From Trueperaceae bacterium (lineage in GTDB: Bacteria > Deinococcota > Deinococci > Deinococcales > Trueperaceae), in NCBI GenBank assembly GCA_965215565.1, contig CBDCDZ010000004.1:3328001-3392000 (forward strand): a stretch of DNA of 64,000 nucleotides, in the 5' to 3' direction. Under the pieces are notes generated by a model. That model saw only the letters and a program-made list of their open reading frames with translations, ran no database searches and had not been told where the DNA came from. This document shows, one piece after another, positions 61,037 through 64,000 of this stretch. Made by a program: the position numbers and the translations under genes. Positions within the stretch are counted from its first letter, which is position 1. Every line of letters begins with the position of its first letter.

Positions 61037-61510
61037 CTACCTCTTCGTCTGCCACGTCCCACCAACGCGCTTGCTGAGTAAGAGGCTGTCTTCCTCGAGC
61101 CCATATCCCATCCTTTTGTAGTAGGGAAGACGTGTTTCATCATCTAGTTGCATTTTAAGAACAGGGATATTGCGCTTGATGGCTAACGCCTCCAACTTCG
61201 TCAACACCCAGCGGTCTAGCTCTTGATTACGGTACGCTTCCAGAACGGCAGGTTGCTGGAGTGTCCAGCCCTCAAGGGTCTCGAGCCACATCAGCACGCA
61301 TAAAAGTTCACCCGCATTGTCTTCTAGGAGGAGAGCGCCACCTTGCTCGAGGTTCTCAACCACCTCTTCAAGCGTTGTCAGTTCATCTCTGTTCTCATTC
61401 AAAAGTTGCGCAACCACTGAGGCGTCCCCTAAGCCTGCGAGCCTCACCTTAGCAGCGCTGTGCCCTTCCTTCTGACCTTTTTGTAAGCGTTCTTGTGATG
61501 CGAGTGCCAC
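61037..61510 (-). CDS. GNAT-family acetyltransferase-like protein
   Basis: VRLA...DA, AVLEAYRNQ and YYKRMGY. GTG 61510 follows AGGAGA; lies directly downstream of argG. Confidence 0.75.
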   Translation of the reverse strand: MALASQERLQKGQKEGHSAAKVRLAGLGDASVVAQLLNENRDELTTLEEVVENLEQGGALLLEDNAGELLCVLMWLETLEGWTLQQPAVLEAYRNQELDRWVLTKLEALAIKRNIPVLKMQLDDETRLPYYKRMGYGLEEDSLLLSKRVGGTWQTKR

Positions 61511-61572
61511 GCTGTCTCCTTTACCTCTCGAAGTGCAATACCAGCAGTAAAAATACGCTGAGAATAAGTAAC

Positions 61573-61619
61573 GAGCAATGAGCAATGAGTCTAAAGGTTT
61601 TCACTCATTGCTCGTTGCT
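61573..61619. repeat. Second copy of the GAGCAAT inverted-repeat element
   Basis: GAGCAATGAGCAATGAGTCTAAAG-GTTTTC-ACTCATTGCTCGTTGCT, matching 350-404. Confidence 0.8.
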
Positions 61620-61620
61620 T

Positions 61621-62859
61621 TTAACTCGCCACTTCTTTCTTTCCCGCTTGCGCCGCGATGCGCAGCCTGAGCGCGTTCAATTTGATAAAGCCTTCCGCGT
61701 CGCCTTGGTTGTACACGTCGTCCTCTTCAAACGTCACGACATCTTGGCGGTAGAGGCTGTTCGGTGATTTGCGTCCTAAAACCGTGAGGTTGCCCTTGTA
61801 GAGCTTGAGCTTGACCGTGCCCGTGACGGGCTTTTGAATCTCATCCATCATCCCTTGCAACGCTTCGCGTTCGGGCGCGTACCAGAAGCCGTTGTAGACC
61901 ACCGAAGCGTATTTCGGGACGAGTTCGTCGCGGAGTTGCAAAACTTGTCTGTCGAGCGTCAGGGATTCAACTGCTTTGTGCGCGTGGTAGAGGAGCGTGC
62001 CGCCGGGCGTTTCATAGCAGCCCCGCGACTTCATGCCGACGAAACGGTTTTCGACGATGTCCACGCGCCCGACGCCGTGTTTGCCTGCGATTTCATTCGC
62101 TCGTTCTAGGAGGGCAACGGGGGCGAGAGGTTCACCGTCTATCGCGACGGGGTTGCCTGCTTCGAAGTCGATTTCTAAAGTCTGCGGCGTGTCCGGCGCG
62201 TCCTCCGGGTCAGCCGTGCGCTGCCACATCCCTTTGGGGGCTTCGGCCCAGGGGTCTTCCAAAACGCCGCCTTCGTAAGAGGTGTGAAAGAGGTTAGCGT
62301 CCGTTGAATAGGGTTTTTCTTTGGTGACAGGGACGCTAATGCCGTGTTCCTCAGCGTAGGCGATGCAGTCTTCGCGGCCCTTCAAATCCCATTCGCGCCA
62401 GGGGGCGATGACTTTGATGTCGGGGTTGAGGGCGTACGAGGAGAGTTCGAAGCGGACTTGATCGTTACCCTTGCCCGTCGCGCCGTGCGCGACAGCGTCT
62501 GCGCCCTCTCGAGCCGCAATTTCAATCATCCGCTTGGCGATAAGAGGACGAGCGAACGACGTGCCTAAGAGGTAGTAGCCCTCGTAAATCGCCCCGGAGC
62601 GAAGTACCGGAAAGACGAAGTCATTCACAAACGCTTCCGTGAGGTCATCTGCATAAGCATTCACCGCGCCTGTCTTGAGGGCTTTCTCCTTCGCCTCGGC
62701 AACCTCTTCGCCCTGGCCGATGTCGGCGGTAAAGGCGATGACGTCGGCGTTATAGTGGTCTTTAAGCCAGTGCAGAATAACGGAGGTGTCGAGCCCGCCC
62801 GAGTAAGCGAGGACAACTTTTTTGACCTGTGTTTTAACCTGTGTGCTCTCGGTTGACAT
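61621..62859 (-). CDS. argG: Argininosuccinate synthase
   Basis: [24 protein letters not shown] and [15 protein letters not shown]. Confidence 0.98.
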   Translation of the reverse strand: MSTESTQVKTQVKKVVLAYSGGLDTSVILHWLKDHYNADVIAFTADIGQGEEVAEAKEKALKTGAVNAYADDLTEAFVNDFVFPVLRSGAIYEGYYLLGTSFARPLIAKRMIEIAAREGADAVAHGATGKGNDQVRFELSSYALNPDIKVIAPWREWDLKGREDCIAYAEEHGISVPVTKEKPYSTDANLFHTSYEGGVLEDPWAEAPKGMWQRTADPEDAPDTPQTLEIDFEAGNPVAIDGEPLAPVALLERANEIAGKHGVGRVDIVENRFVGMKSRGCYETPGGTLLYHAHKAVESLTLDRQVLQLRDELVPKYASVVYNGFWYAPEREALQGMMDEIQKPVTGTVKLKLYKGNLTVLGRKSPNSLYRQDVVTFEEDDVYNQGDAEGFIKLNALRLRIAAQAGKKEVAS

Positions 62860-62883
62860 GTTCTTCTCCTCTAAACGACAAAA

Positions 62884-62988
62884 CTCCGCACTAGGGCGCG
62901 GCTGCTCGAAGCAACATGACGAATAAACCGCTGAAAAGCGGTTTTAACGGCGTCGGACGCGGCTGAATGCGGAGGTTAGCTTGACCAT
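62884..62988 (-). promoter_or_regulatory. Candidate Arg-rich leader peptide / attenuator of argG (uORF 62988-62944, MVKLTSAFSRVRRR)
   Basis: The last five sense codons are CGC GTC CGA CGC CGT. Two hairpins follow, plus a competing 7-bp CTCCGCA/TGCGGAG pairing. Confidence 0.6.
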
Positions 62989-63207
62989 AATGACAGTCGG
63001 TAAGTTATGCAAAAGAAACGATAACTTTGCAAATCGTAGCACGGTGTTAGGGGAGGGTCAAGGTACACCGCTACCTTCACGTGAAAAAAGCTGGTCAGTT
63101 CTTTAAGCTCATCGGGGTGTTGAAAAAACTGGAATTTACTCAAGCTGGTTGCGCAGTCTTCGCCGGAACGAACGGCGCTGAACTTGCTAACGCGCTGAGA
63201 CACTCTT

Positions 63208-63525
63208 TTATCCTACGGCTACATCGGCTAAGAGGTAGATACTAACAGCGATGGCAGCGCGGATGAGGTGATTTCTCGCTTCTATCTTGCCGATAACCAC
63301 CTGAGCGTTGAGTAAAGAGGTTACGGACGCCATCACCAGACCAACTGCGAGGATGACTCTCGTATAGGGAATAGAGGAGACCATCGCAGCAGCCGCCACC
63401 ATGAGCACGGCGGCGGCGAGCATAAAGAGCCCCGCCACCCAGGGCTTGCGCCGAATCACCATCCACGCGCCGAAGGCGTTGACAAAAGCGTAAAGCGCGG
63501 TGACGAGGGCGGCGAGCAGGGGCAT
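63208..63525 (-). CDS. Small hypothetical membrane protein (~4 TM helices)
   Basis: 105-aa hydrophobic ORF. Confidence 0.75.
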   Translation of the reverse strand: MPLLAALVTALYAFVNAFGAWMVIRRKPWVAGLFMLAAAVLMVAAAAMVSSIPYTRVILAVGLVMASVTSLLNAQVVIGKIEARNHLIRAAIAVSIYLLADVAVG

Positions 63526-63541
63526 CTAGGCTAGAAATGCG

Positions 63542-64000
63542 CTATAAAAACGCGCTGACAAGGGCGTCCGGTTCTAGTATGTCTTGGAGGTAAATGATCT
63601 CTAAGGGTTTATGCGTGAGCTTTTGTACTCGTCCGATGAGCCAAGCGTCCGCGCCCGACGTTTTGTCCGCTACCATCACGAGCTTATCCACGCTGCCCTT
63701 GCGCCCCAAGTAGCGCGCCGCCCCCAACACTTCGCTGTCGGTAGGGATAAGGCGCTCGTCTATGCGCCGCCCTTCGGCTCGGAGCATGGCAGGGTCTAGC
63801 TGCCGCTGTGAGACGATGTGGGCTTCTGTTCCTTCCAGAGCTGCCGCCATCACCGCTTCTCGCAACAACCAAGGTTGAGCGATAACGCCCACCGTGCCTC
63901 CCTCAGAAGGACGAACGCGCCAGCGGGGTTCGGCTATTTTAGGTGCTCGAGCCGAGGTGCGGTTGCGCTCCCACACGCGCCTGACTAACGCGGGGTCACG
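63542..64000 (-). CDS. Hypothetical protein, 5'-truncated by the window edge
   Basis: The frame is open to position 64000 (RDPALVRRVWERN...). No family recognised. Confidence 0.6.
   Translation of the reverse strand, partial: RDPALVRRVWERNRTSARAPKIAEPRWRVRPSEGGTVGVIAQPWLLREAVMAAALEGTEAHIVSQRQLDPAMLRAEGRRIDERLIPTDSEVLGAARYLGRKGSVDKLVMVADKTSGADAWLIGRVQKLTHKPLEIIYLQDILEPDALVSAFL

Overview
A GC-rich bacterial chromosomal segment, most likely from Deinococcota (Truepera-like). This is inferred from the short ~197-aa EF-Ts, the caa3-type oxidase with fused subunits I+III, and the general gene style. It is mostly housekeeping: rpoZ-gmk, tsaE/tsaB, ftsH, thrS, ricT, rnhB, corA, rpsB-tsf-pyrH-frr-cdsA, a ctaA-ctaB-ctaC-ctaD/E-SURF1 oxidase cluster, and argG-GNAT...argH. 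Accessory content includes: a three-gene roadblock-like/membrane cluster; a degenerate MreB paralogue; a PASTA protein with a kinase remnant; a stand-alone S24 (CI/LexA-like) repressor with a lambda-like operator array and a possible frameshifted Cro partner; two Ig-like lipoproteins; an AT-rich GHKL-ATPase/PD-(D/E)xK nuclease plus DNA methyltransferase island; a GH13 lipoprotein; and a Phd-PIN toxin-antitoxin pair. Intergenic DNA carries several families of small non-autonomous repeats, including six co-oriented mosaic TAGCAG...CTGCTA elements. The most notable unannotated signals are two short upstream ORFs enriched in the cognate amino acid: MVKLTSAFSRVRRR before argG, and a TTRT-containing peptide before thrS. 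Both suggest ribosome-mediated attenuation but are untested. No rRNA, tRNA, CRISPR array, integrase or transposase was recognised.
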